In this document: in pieces, positions 8,282-17,205 of the stretch
Numbering within the stretch: position 1 is the stretch's first letter
Layout of the letters: every line of letters begins with the position of its first letter
Source of the DNA: Candidatus Nomurabacteria bacterium
Lineage (GTDB): Bacteria > Patescibacteriota > Minisyncoccia > Phycocordibacterales > JACOZG01
Reading direction: 5' to 3'
Length of the DNA: 64,000 nucleotides
NCBI GenBank assembly: GCA_020847275.1
Contig: JADLCI010000007.1
Location: forward strand, 27,814-91,813
Made by a program: the position numbers and the translations under genes
The notes under the pieces: model-generated
Seen by the model: the letters and a program-made list of their open reading frames with translations, nothing else
What the model was told of the DNA's origin: nothing
Databases searched by the model: none

Positions 8282-10257
8282 AATTACTAATTGTCACGCA
8301 GGTGGTGGATGAGTCGGATTCGATTTTGGGGTTTTTCCACCGTTGGATTGAAGAGTTTTCTAAACATTACGAAAAGGTTACCGTAATTTGTTTGAAAAAA
8401 GGCGAGTACCATCTACCGGTCAATGTCGAGGTGCTAACTCTTGGTAAAGAGGATGGGGCTTCAAGATCCAAGTATCTCTGGCGTTTTTATAAATATATTT
8501 GGAGTGAGCGGAATAATTACGACACGGTATTTGTGCACATGAATCAAGAGTATGTCCTATTGGGTGGTCTTTTCTGGCGTTTTTGGGGTAAACGCGTTCA
8601 TTTGTGGTACACGCACAAGATGGTTAGCGTAAAATTACGTCTGGCCACTCTTCTATCAGACAAGGTCTTCACTGCGTCCGAAGAAAGTTTCAGATTCGAT
8701 ACACCAAAACTACGTATCGCAGGGCATGGCATAGACACAGACTTTTTTTCTCCTGATTCGAGCGTGGTGCGTTCTGATCACGTTCTCTCCGTTGGACGTT
8801 TGATGAAAAGTAAACGCCATGATCTCATCATTCGTGCTGTGGCATTTGCAGGTAAAGAGCTTCGGATCATTGGCGACGGGCCGGAGCGTAAAAATCTTGA
8901 GGCACTCGCCCATATGATTGGGGCAAGGGTTTATTTTCTGGGTGGGCTTAATCAGTCGCAGGTGCGGGATCAATATCAGAAAGCTGCTTTTTTTGTACAC
9001 ACCAGTGAGACCGGAAGCTTGGATAAGGTGACACTTGAAGCCCTTGCGTGTGGCTTATCTGTAGTTACAACAAGTGATGCGTATAGAAATTTTCCAGTAC
9101 GTAAAGTACAGGCAACACCGGAGGCTATTGCCGCGGGGCTGGAAACAACACAAGACGGAAGCGAAAATGCAAAGTTTGTTCGAGAGCACCATAATCTTCG
9201 TCGTTTGATCGTCTATCTATCACGGGAGATGAGTGTATTGGGACCACGTGTCGCTTTTATTTTTACACGATCTCGGAAGGAAATTATACGTGGCGTACAG
9301 ACCGGTCAGTGTGCGGATACGCCCCTTTATGGCATGAATCATATACCCCATGCTGACTATTTTACCTTGGCGTCTAAATCGATGCGCGCCGTGTTTATCA
9401 TTCTGCATCTTTTCCGGTATGACTTTGTTATTGCGCAGGACAATCTCTTACTTGGTTACATTGTTTCTATTTGTTCTCGGACGTTTAATCTTAAGACTCG
9501 GTGGTTGTATGTGGCGATAAATTCTTCCACTCTCATGCGACGACACGCCAAGCATCCGATACGGCTTTTTATCCTTAAAAAGTTTTGGTCGAGTTACTCG
9601 CATATCATCTGCCTTTCTTTCGATCAGCTTAATGATTTTATCCAAATCGGTCTCCCTCAAGCACAACTTTCATTTATTCCATTTGGTGTGGACGCCACTT
9701 TTTTTCAACCTACCGACATTCATCATGATGAAAATTTAATTGTAAGTGTCGGGCGTGACGGTGGCCGTGATTACCGTACACTTTTTTATGTCGCTGGACT
9801 GGTCGGACATCGATTCGTTGTTGTCGCTGGACAGAAAAATATTCCGCATGATGTTTCGATTCCTCCAAATATGTCGATAGTTTATGACCGGAGCATTGTT
9901 GAAGTTCGAGATTTATATACTCGGGCTCGACTCATTGTCGTTGTTTCAAAGGATGCTAGAATTCCGGATGGTTCGGACTGCTCGGGACAGACGGTAATAC
10001 TTGACGCTCTTGCTGCTGGCAAAACCGTAGTTGCAACGCATCGTTCTTGGATTGCGGACTATTTTGTTCCTGGGCGGGATCTTATTGTGGTTGAGCCTGG
10101 TAATTCCGAAGCTGTTGCGACCGCGATTACCACTCTTTGGAACGACGCTGAAAGACGGGGGGAATTATCCGCCTCCGGACGTAACAAGGTGTCTATGTGC
10201 TACACGACAAAAATTTTTGCCACAGCCCTCCTTAAGCTTATGGAATCTATAAAATGA
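8278..10257 (+). CDS. Fused tandem GT4-GT4 glycosyltransferase
   Basis: Two GT-B modules: GSLDKVTLEALACG at about aa 250 and SGQTVILDALAAGK at about aa 575. Confidence 0.8.
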   Translation: MKLLIVTQVVDESDSILGFFHRWIEEFSKHYEKVTVICLKKGEYHLPVNVEVLTLGKEDGASRSKYLWRFYKYIWSERNNYDTVFVHMNQEYVLLGGLFWRFWGKRVHLWYTHKMVSVKLRLATLLSDKVFTASEESFRFDTPKLRIAGHGIDTDFFSPDSSVVRSDHVLSVGRLMKSKRHDLIIRAVAFAGKELRIIGDGPERKNLEALAHMIGARVYFLGGLNQSQVRDQYQKAAFFVHTSETGSLDKVTLEALACGLSVVTTSDAYRNFPVRKVQATPEAIAAGLETTQDGSENAKFVREHHNLRRLIVYLSREMSVLGPRVAFIFTRSRKEIIRGVQTGQCADTPLYGMNHIPHADYFTLASKSMRAVFIILHLFRYDFVIAQDNLLLGYIVSICSRTFNLKTRWLYVAINSSTLMRRHAKHPIRLFILKKFWSSYSHIICLSFDQLNDFIQIGLPQAQLSFIPFGVDATFFQPTDIHHDENLIVSVGRDGGRDYRTLFYVAGLVGHRFVVVAGQKNIPHDVSIPPNMSIVYDRSIVEVRDLYTRARLIVVVSKDARIPDGSDCSGQTVILDALAAGKTVVATHRSWIADYFVPGRDLIVVEPGNSEAVATAITTLWNDAERRGELSASGRNKVSMCYTTKIFATALLKLMESIK

Positions 10258-11372
10258 CGGCGATAAATCAACTTAGACTTTATGTTAACCCTAAGTGGCG
10301 GCGCAAGGGCATTCACACACCCCTTCTTAATCCTTGGTGGGGAAATCCACACGAGGAAGCTTCAATTTTTTCTAAGTTGATGTTCGACAGCTATTCATTT
10401 GACACTAGCCTCTATGTGGTAACTGACGATGTTTCAACAGCAGAGATGGTTTTACCGCCGTATCCGCATCAATGGTTTTTGCGCCACGATACGGAGCTAT
10501 TTGATGAGTGTGTAAAAATTGCTAGCGAATGTAACCTTCCCATTCTAATTGATGGATTGGGGGATATTGAGCACCCAATTGAAGTCAAAAATGCCTATAT
10601 CTTACGTTACGGAGGGTATCATTTTCTTCCTGAGCGCGGTCGTATTGTTGTACCACTCCATGTCGATGATTTACTTGAACGGTGTTGTGGTGGAAGGTTT
10701 GATGTTAGAAAGAAAAAAGTAGGGAAACCAATTATTGGATTTGCGGGGTGGACAGAGCTTTCCTTTTCTCAGTATTTACGTACGATAATAAAAGAGCTTC
10801 CGGTGCGGCTGCTTGGAGTTTTTGATACCCGTTATCGCGCGTGCACTAAGGGAATATTGTGGCGACAGAAGACGATTAAAATTCTTCAAAAATCAGGACA
10901 GGTAAGACTCAATCTTCGTACGCGGCGTTCTTTCTCTGCAAGTCCGAAAACAGCGGAGGGGGATATGAAAAAACTTAGAGAGGAGATGGTAGATGTAATA
11001 TTACAAAGTGATTATGCCCTTGACGTGCGCGGTGACGCAAACAATTCAGCTAGGCTTTTTGAAATACTGTCCCTTGGGCGTATACCGATTATTGTCGATA
11101 CCGAGCGCAATTTTCCCTTTAGTGATAAAATTGATTACGCGTCTTTTGCGGTCATGATTGACTTTCGTGAACTCAATAACTTACCGAGTCGGATAGCTGA
11201 GTTTCACGATAATATTTCTCCAGAACACTTTGAACAAATGCAAAAAAATGCTCGGGAAGTTTTTGTTCGTTATTTTCGTATTGATGCAATCATGCGGTCA
11301 CTCGTGGAAGATCTGCACACAAGGATTTCATCAGGGGCTGGTTCTCTCCAAGGTGAAACAAATAGACCATAA
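10254..11372 (+). CDS. Exostosin-family (GT47-like) glycosyltransferase
   Basis: SDYALDVRGDANNSARLFEILSLGRIPII matches the exostosin S.F.L.P.G....S.RL.E....G.IPV pattern. Confidence 0.8.
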   Translation: MTAINQLRLYVNPKWRRKGIHTPLLNPWWGNPHEEASIFSKLMFDSYSFDTSLYVVTDDVSTAEMVLPPYPHQWFLRHDTELFDECVKIASECNLPILIDGLGDIEHPIEVKNAYILRYGGYHFLPERGRIVVPLHVDDLLERCCGGRFDVRKKKVGKPIIGFAGWTELSFSQYLRTIIKELPVRLLGVFDTRYRACTKGILWRQKTIKILQKSGQVRLNLRTRRSFSASPKTAEGDMKKLREEMVDVILQSDYALDVRGDANNSARLFEILSLGRIPIIVDTERNFPFSDKIDYASFAVMIDFRELNNLPSRIAEFHDNISPEHFEQMQKNAREVFVRYFRIDAIMRSLVEDLHTRISSGAGSLQGETNRP

Positions 11373-11381
11373 TATTGCATT

Positions 11382-11753
11382 ATGCGTGGGCTGAAATTTT
11401 TTCTCACTGGCTTAGTTGGCCTTAGTGTCAATCTCGGCGTGTTTAATTTGCTGTATCTTTTAGGGTTGCCGTATCTCTATGGGTCGGTTATGAGTTTTCT
11501 TGTTGCAATGGTCGTTGGTTTCCTACTTCAAAAGTATTGGACCTTTGAGGATTGCTCTCGTGAACGCGCATATGTTCAGTTCGCATCATATGCCGCATTG
11601 ACGTCGTGTAATCTTTTATTAAACACATTCATCGTGTACGCGCTTGTTGATTACGCCGATGTTTACTATCTTGTCGCTCAAGCCACAGGGGCAGGGCTGC
11701 TATCTCTCCTTAGTTATTTTGTCTACCGTTTCTACATTTTTAGGGGGTCTTAG
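11382..11753 (+). CDS. GtrA-family small membrane protein (putative lipid-linked sugar flippase)
   Basis: 123 aa, four TM helices, KFFLTG and FLLQKYWTF motifs. Confidence 0.85.
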   Translation: MRGLKFFLTGLVGLSVNLGVFNLLYLLGLPYLYGSVMSFLVAMVVGFLLQKYWTFEDCSRERAYVQFASYAALTSCNLLLNTFIVYALVDYADVYYLVAQATGAGLLSLLSYFVYRFYIFRGS

Positions 11754-12467
11754 TGACATCAGGCGATAACGAAGTATTTGGAGCACCATCTTAAGGCCAA
11801 TTTTTGCTGCCTTTGCCACACTCTCCCCGGTGTACATTGAGGTACCGATGCGCTCTTTATAGATAACGGGGATCTCTATGGGTTTCCATCCGCGACGTAT
11901 TACCCAGATCATGATCTCAATGGAAAAAGCGTCTTTGCCATCAGATAAGTAAAATAAGTCAAAAATACTGTTGAGAACTCCGCGCGAGAAAAGTTTGTAT
12001 GAGCAACTCACGTCAGTCATACTGGGCCCATTATGTAAAACCTCTAGGAATTTTGCCACGGCCCAGTTACCAAGTCGAACTGGAAATGGCATGAATGCTC
12101 CTGACCAAATAGCGGCACGAGATGTCCGTGTTCCAAAAATAACCTCGAAGTCGTCTGTATACGATAGGAATTTGTGAACGTCTTGTGGTAAAAATGTACC
12201 GTCTCCCTCCACTGTTATAACAAGATCACCAGTGGCTTCGTGTAGCCCGCGCATCATGGCGTTTCCGTATCCTTGATGCTCCCTTTCCTCTACTAACCGT
12301 GCTCTTGTTTGTGCTACTTCCATTTTTGTATTGCCAAGTGCGTTGTTGTCAATTACCACAACCTCATCAACCACACCGGTGTCAAAAAGTCCATTTATGA
12401 CGGCACGGATGCTACCCTCCTCATTGTAAGTCGGGATTATAACACTTACGGTCTTACCTCTGTGCAT
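11700..12467 (-). CDS. Glycosyltransferase family 2 (DPM1/GtrB-like polyprenol-phosphate glycosyltransferase)
   Basis: VSVIIPTYNEE, VIDNN, GYGNA, EGDG and EIPVIYKER motifs. Confidence 0.85.
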   Translation of the reverse strand: MHRGKTVSVIIPTYNEEGSIRAVINGLFDTGVVDEVVVIDNNALGNTKMEVAQTRARLVEEREHQGYGNAMMRGLHEATGDLVITVEGDGTFLPQDVHKFLSYTDDFEVIFGTRTSRAAIWSGAFMPFPVRLGNWAVAKFLEVLHNGPSMTDVSCSYKLFSRGVLNSIFDLFYLSDGKDAFSIEIMIWVIRRGWKPIEIPVIYKERIGTSMYTGESVAKAAKIGLKMVLQILRYRLMSLRPPKNVETVDKITKER

Positions 12468-12596
12468 ACTGGTAAATTATAAGAAAACTTCCGTTTATGA
12501 TTCTTACAAAGAATAGCATGAAAGGCTGTTTTTTGATAAGATGGTTGGCTGTAGATAACAGTGAATTTTGTGACAAGGTATACTATCTTAATTGTG

Positions 12597-14375
12597 ATGA
12601 ATAGATTAAAGGGATTTCTGTTGAGATATCGCTTTTTGGTTGTTCTCGTTGTTGTCACGCTCGCTCTCACTCTTATACCAATAATCGATATTTATATTGT
12701 ACTTGGAGATAAGTGGCAAGGGGTCCCACCGACCTTCACCGATGAAACATTTTATTACGCACGGGTTCAGTCAATAGTGGAGGGGGGATTTGTTGGTGGT
12801 CATCCGTATTTTTTTGAACATCGTCATGATCCACCGCTCGTGGTTTTTGCTGGAGCGTGGGTAAATGCGATTCCTCAGTTACTTGGTCTACCACTCAATT
12901 CTGCATTGTTGGTAAACTTTATTCTGTGGAGTTTATTGTTTGTTTTGTCACTCTATTATTTGTTTAGGGAATTGCTAGTGCCACCCTCTTTATCCGTTTT
13001 TTTCACCCTTCTTATCTATGTTCAGTCGTATGCGCATGTGTGGCGTCCGGTTAATCTTCAGCCGGTGTACCCCCTTTATTTTTTGTTTTATGTCGCCCTC
13101 TTACATCTAATTTGTAAACAGAATCTCCGAAATATTATTTGTCTTGGTTTTGCCGTTGGCGCAACGTTTTATTTTTTTGCTTATCTTTGGCAAGTTGCTG
13201 TAGTGACGCTTGGGCTACTACTTTTTTATACACTTGCTCGTAGGAAGTGGCAATTATTGAAATCCACACTCCTTTCTTTAATTATCGGTGTTGTTATTGG
13301 CCTTCCAGTACTACTCTATGCACTCTGGCTTTCACACGGATCACCATATTTTTGGGAAAGTGTCGGTCGTCTCGGTCTTGTAAATACTCATCTACCTATG
13401 GCTGAAGTAATATATTCGGGCGGGTGGATCGGTCTGGTCTTCGTTTTATTGGTGGTTTTTTATTTAAACGCCCGTGAATTACGAAATGACAAAAACCTTA
13501 TAACGATAAATACGTTTATTGTTATAAGTGGAATGGGGCTTTGGTTAATGCAGGGAAGTAATCTTGTTACTGGTAAGCTACTGGAGACAGGGGAACATAT
13601 TCGCACGTTAATTCTACCGTGGCTCGTATTTTCCACCGTCAGTTTCGGTGTATTGTTCTGGAGACGACGGACACTCGTTTCAATAAGAACACGGGCGCTT
13701 CTGACCATTTCAATTGCGATATTATTTAGTGTTAGTCTGTATTATACCCACTACTATTTCCGTCCCTTTCTTCCTGGAAATGTCGACCACGGGGCATGGC
13801 AAATTGAACAGCTCTACGCCGGGCCATTTTCGTGGTTGCAAAACGAAGAGAAAAATTCTGTGGTTGTGTGGAGTGAGCCACGCGATTATTTAACGACTAA
13901 TTTGCCTATATTTACTAGACATTTCACCCTTTATAATTATTTTGGCATGTTGGAGTTGATTCCTGAGAGCGAAATACGTGAAAGGTATCTTATCTCGCAG
14001 TATTTTAATAGTCCTGCACTCACAGATTTTAAATCTGAACGAGAAATGGAGCTTTACCTTGGCCGTCATGATTTTCCTCATGCGGCGAAAACCATTGAGC
14101 GTGGAATTAAGATTTGTCGTTTACTGTCTTTTTGGAATAAGGGTAAAGATTGTGGCATACCTCCTACACCACAGAGTCTTCTTGGTGATAGGTTTTTTGT
14201 CGATCTTGAGAGTCAGTTTAAAAACGATATCGTGCCAAACATCAGGTCGTATCTTAAAAAATACAATGTTTCTTATATTCTTAAAGATAAGATACTTAAC
14301 CCAAGCTATAGACCAGAAAGCTTGGGGGCGGTACTTGTTTACAGCGACTCTCGCTATGAGATCTACCGTCTTTAG
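12597..14375 (+). CDS. Polytopic membrane protein, GT-C-like glycosyltransferase candidate
   Basis: Acidic DE motif after TM1 (TDETFYY), many TM helices and a C-terminal soluble domain ending KKYNVSYIL. TATACT at 12579-12584 precedes the ATG. Confidence 0.6.
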   Translation: MNRLKGFLLRYRFLVVLVVVTLALTLIPIIDIYIVLGDKWQGVPPTFTDETFYYARVQSIVEGGFVGGHPYFFEHRHDPPLVVFAGAWVNAIPQLLGLPLNSALLVNFILWSLLFVLSLYYLFRELLVPPSLSVFFTLLIYVQSYAHVWRPVNLQPVYPLYFLFYVALLHLICKQNLRNIICLGFAVGATFYFFAYLWQVAVVTLGLLLFYTLARRKWQLLKSTLLSLIIGVVIGLPVLLYALWLSHGSPYFWESVGRLGLVNTHLPMAEVIYSGGWIGLVFVLLVVFYLNARELRNDKNLITINTFIVISGMGLWLMQGSNLVTGKLLETGEHIRTLILPWLVFSTVSFGVLFWRRRTLVSIRTRALLTISIAILFSVSLYYTHYYFRPFLPGNVDHGAWQIEQLYAGPFSWLQNEEKNSVVVWSEPRDYLTTNLPIFTRHFTLYNYFGMLELIPESEIRERYLISQYFNSPALTDFKSEREMELYLGRHDFPHAAKTIERGIKICRLLSFWNKGKDCGIPPTPQSLLGDRFFVDLESQFKNDIVPNIRSYLKKYNVSYILKDKILNPSYRPESLGAVLVYSDSRYEIYRL

Positions 14376-14384
14376 TCCTACGAC

Positions 14385-15095
14385 ATGAGATACTTACCCG
14401 ACATCCAACGAGATGAAATATTCAATGCTGATAAACTGCAAAGACTATATCAGTCTCGTTTTGGTGGTCGCCTTGAGTACAGAGATAAGGTATGGCGCAT
14501 TCTAGTTAAGGAATATTTTCAGCAGTGGGTTGGTGGCGGTGTCGTGTTGGACTTGGGGGCGGGGTATGGGGAGTTTCTGAATAATATTAAGTGTACAAAG
14601 AAATACGCGATGGATCTGAATCCAGAGACTTCTCTCAGGGTTAATAAAGATGTTGAGGTGTTGGTTCAAAACTGTGCCGATGCGTGGCCTCTTCTGGACG
14701 ACAGTCTCGATGTTGTCTTTACTAGTAATTTTCTGGAACATCTTCCTGACAAACAAACGCTATCAAGAGCACTTAATGAGGCAATACGTTGTTTAAAGCC
14801 AGGTGGGCGAATCGTGGCCATTGGACCTAACATCAAGTATGCCCCCGGTGCTTATTGGGATTACTGGGATCACCATGTCCCATTAACCGAGCAATCTCTT
14901 GCGGAGGCGATGAATCTTGAGGGGTTTGATATAGAAAGATGTATAGACAAATTCTTGCCGTTTACTATGGCAACGGGACCACGCTACCCGACCTTTCTTG
15001 TTGCCGTATACTTGAGATTTCCAATTGTGTGGCGTATTTTCGGGAGACAGTTTTTTGTTGTGGGAAGAAAAAAATTTGCAAGCCATAACACATAA
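14385..15095 (+). CDS. Class I SAM-dependent methyltransferase
   Basis: VLDLGAGYG, SNFLEHL and LKPGG motifs. Confidence 0.9.
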   Translation: MRYLPDIQRDEIFNADKLQRLYQSRFGGRLEYRDKVWRILVKEYFQQWVGGGVVLDLGAGYGEFLNNIKCTKKYAMDLNPETSLRVNKDVEVLVQNCADAWPLLDDSLDVVFTSNFLEHLPDKQTLSRALNEAIRCLKPGGRIVAIGPNIKYAPGAYWDYWDHHVPLTEQSLAEAMNLEGFDIERCIDKFLPFTMATGPRYPTFLVAVYLRFPIVWRIFGRQFFVVGRKKFASHNT

Positions 15096-15099
15096 CAAT

Positions 15100-16215
15100 A
15101 TGAAAATCTATTATGTTGCAAACGCTCGTATGCCGAATGAAAAAGCGCATGGTATACAGATGGCAAAAATGTGTGAAGCGCTGGTTGAATCTGGTGTTGA
15201 CCTAACGCTACTGGTGTCAAACAGGGGATCTGGAAGCCTGAAACAGTTTTATGGTCTCACGTGTGAGATACCGACACGACGATTGCCTGTGGTGGACTTA
15301 CAATTTTTTGGTCCAATCGGTTACCGGGTTACGGCGCTACAATTTATTATCAGGGTGTTACTCTATTTATTTGTGAGATTGTTCAAAGATAAAATGTTTG
15401 TTGTCTACACAATCGACATGGATTCATTTTCTTTTGCTCCGCTAATTTGTATACCGCGCCCAGTTTTTGCAGAGATGCACAGTGTTAAGAAGGTCAACTT
15501 TCTGACAAGGACTTTTTTTAAGCGTGCAAAAATCATTGCAACAAATCAGCCAATTGCCGATGATTTATCGAAAGAATTTAACATTTCCCCACATGGTATT
15601 TCTGTTGAACCAAACGGTGTGGATGAAGCAGCCTTACGAGATTTTATTTCACAACAAGATGCTCGTAGAAAACTTAATTTGCCGTTAGATAAGTCATTTG
15701 CTCTATATGTTGGACGCTTTTACAAGTGGAAAGGCATGGAAATACTCGCAGATGCGGCCACAGATTCTATCCTTCCCATTTATGTTGTTGGTGGTGGGCG
15801 TGATGAGTATGAAAGTGTGACAGGTAGAAGTGGCGAGCGGTTACATTTTGTTGGAGGAAGACCAACTTATGAAATAGTATCGTGGCTTGCCGCGGCGGAC
15901 GTACTAATCGTACTTGGGACCGCAAATAATAAGGAGTCTTACTCTTATACATCCCCCATGAAAATATTTGAGTATCTTGCTGCTGGTAGGCCTACAGTGT
16001 CTTCACGGACGCCCGCTGTAATGAGTATCCTTAGAGAAGGCGTGACTTTTTGGTATGAACCGGACAACGCACAGTCACTGGGAAAAACCATAAGCTTGGC
16101 ATATACCAGTCCAGAATCGAAGGCTAAGGTACAGAAGGGTCGTGAATTGACAGAAAGGCATACCTGGCGTAAGCGTACGGAGCGGATTCTAAATTTTATC
16201 AAGTATGGAAATTAA
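15100..16215 (+). CDS. Glycosyltransferase family 4
   Basis: MKIYYVANARMPNEKAHGIQ start, PNGVD, YVGRFYKWKG and SPMKIFEYLAAG motifs. Confidence 0.9.
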   Translation: MKIYYVANARMPNEKAHGIQMAKMCEALVESGVDLTLLVSNRGSGSLKQFYGLTCEIPTRRLPVVDLQFFGPIGYRVTALQFIIRVLLYLFVRLFKDKMFVVYTIDMDSFSFAPLICIPRPVFAEMHSVKKVNFLTRTFFKRAKIIATNQPIADDLSKEFNISPHGISVEPNGVDEAALRDFISQQDARRKLNLPLDKSFALYVGRFYKWKGMEILADAATDSILPIYVVGGGRDEYESVTGRSGERLHFVGGRPTYEIVSWLAAADVLIVLGTANNKESYSYTSPMKIFEYLAAGRPTVSSRTPAVMSILREGVTFWYEPDNAQSLGKTISLAYTSPESKAKVQKGRELTERHTWRKRTERILNFIKYGN

Positions 16216-17203
16216 AAAAGCGTTAACGTTCCGGGCATCGTCGATCGGTGATTGTCTGATGGCAAAGTATTTATTGGAAAACATTCATGCGAAGTTTCCT
16301 GGGGCACGTTGTGGGATTGTGATTGCAGGTAGGGGGGCGATGATCCGGGATTTGTTTGCCGCTTATCCGTGGATAGAAATAATTGAGGCCAACCGTCGTG
16401 ATGTGGGTGCAATAGTTCGCTTGTGGCTTAAATATCGTGGTAGTGATTTGGTCGTAACACAATATGCTGGTAAGCCTGGCGGTAGGTTCAGTCTCGCAAG
16501 CAAGCTAATGGGTAGATTGTTAGCACGCCGTGGTGGACTAGTTGGGTTTAGTGATTCTTCCACCTGGAACAAGTTTTTGTTTTCTAAAACCATTTTAGTC
16601 AGGCAAGATCAATCTGTGGTCTGGCATGAACGTGAGATCTTGCGCCTGTTTGACATACCCGTAGTGTTTTCGTTTCCCGTTCTGGTCCCGTTTAAAAATA
16701 CCAATATTCTTAAACGGTTCAACCTTGAAACAGGGCGATTTATAGTTGCACATCTTTTTTCTGGTAACACTATTCGGGGAATGTGTCCGGAGAAGAAGGG
16801 GAAATTACTTGCTACTGTATCTAAAAAATTTCCCGATTTCCAGCTCGTGATTAGTGGTGGAACACAAGACAGGGAAGAGGCATTGTCTGTTGTAGAAAAT
16901 ATCCCGGCCGTTGTTGTCGCTGGCGAGGTGACAATCCAGGAGATGATAAGCCTTATCAGCACAAGTCACGGAGTGGTGAGTCTGGATACTGGTATGGCAC
17001 ATATCGCGGCACAGCTCGGTGTTTCTCTGGTCGTCATGTGCTCGTGTTTTGGACGGAATTGGTGGTTTAGTGACCAATATGGGGTGGGGGCTAAAATTAA
17101 TGTGTTCTCTTGTGAAGAGATGTGCATTGGCGGACACGTAACTAAAAATTATCCCGACTGTATCAATGAAATTTCGATTGAACAAGTCGTGAATGTTATT
17201 TAA
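16205..17203 (+). CDS. Glycosyltransferase family 9 (heptosyltransferase-like)
   Basis: SSIGDCLM and SLDTGMAHIAA motifs. Confidence 0.85.
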   Translation: MEIKKALTFRASSIGDCLMAKYLLENIHAKFPGARCGIVIAGRGAMIRDLFAAYPWIEIIEANRRDVGAIVRLWLKYRGSDLVVTQYAGKPGGRFSLASKLMGRLLARRGGLVGFSDSSTWNKFLFSKTILVRQDQSVVWHEREILRLFDIPVVFSFPVLVPFKNTNILKRFNLETGRFIVAHLFSGNTIRGMCPEKKGKLLATVSKKFPDFQLVISGGTQDREEALSVVENIPAVVVAGEVTIQEMISLISTSHGVVSLDTGMAHIAAQLGVSLVVMCSCFGRNWWFSDQYGVGAKINVFSCEEMCIGGHVTKNYPDCINEISIEQVVNVI

Positions 17204-17205
17204 CT

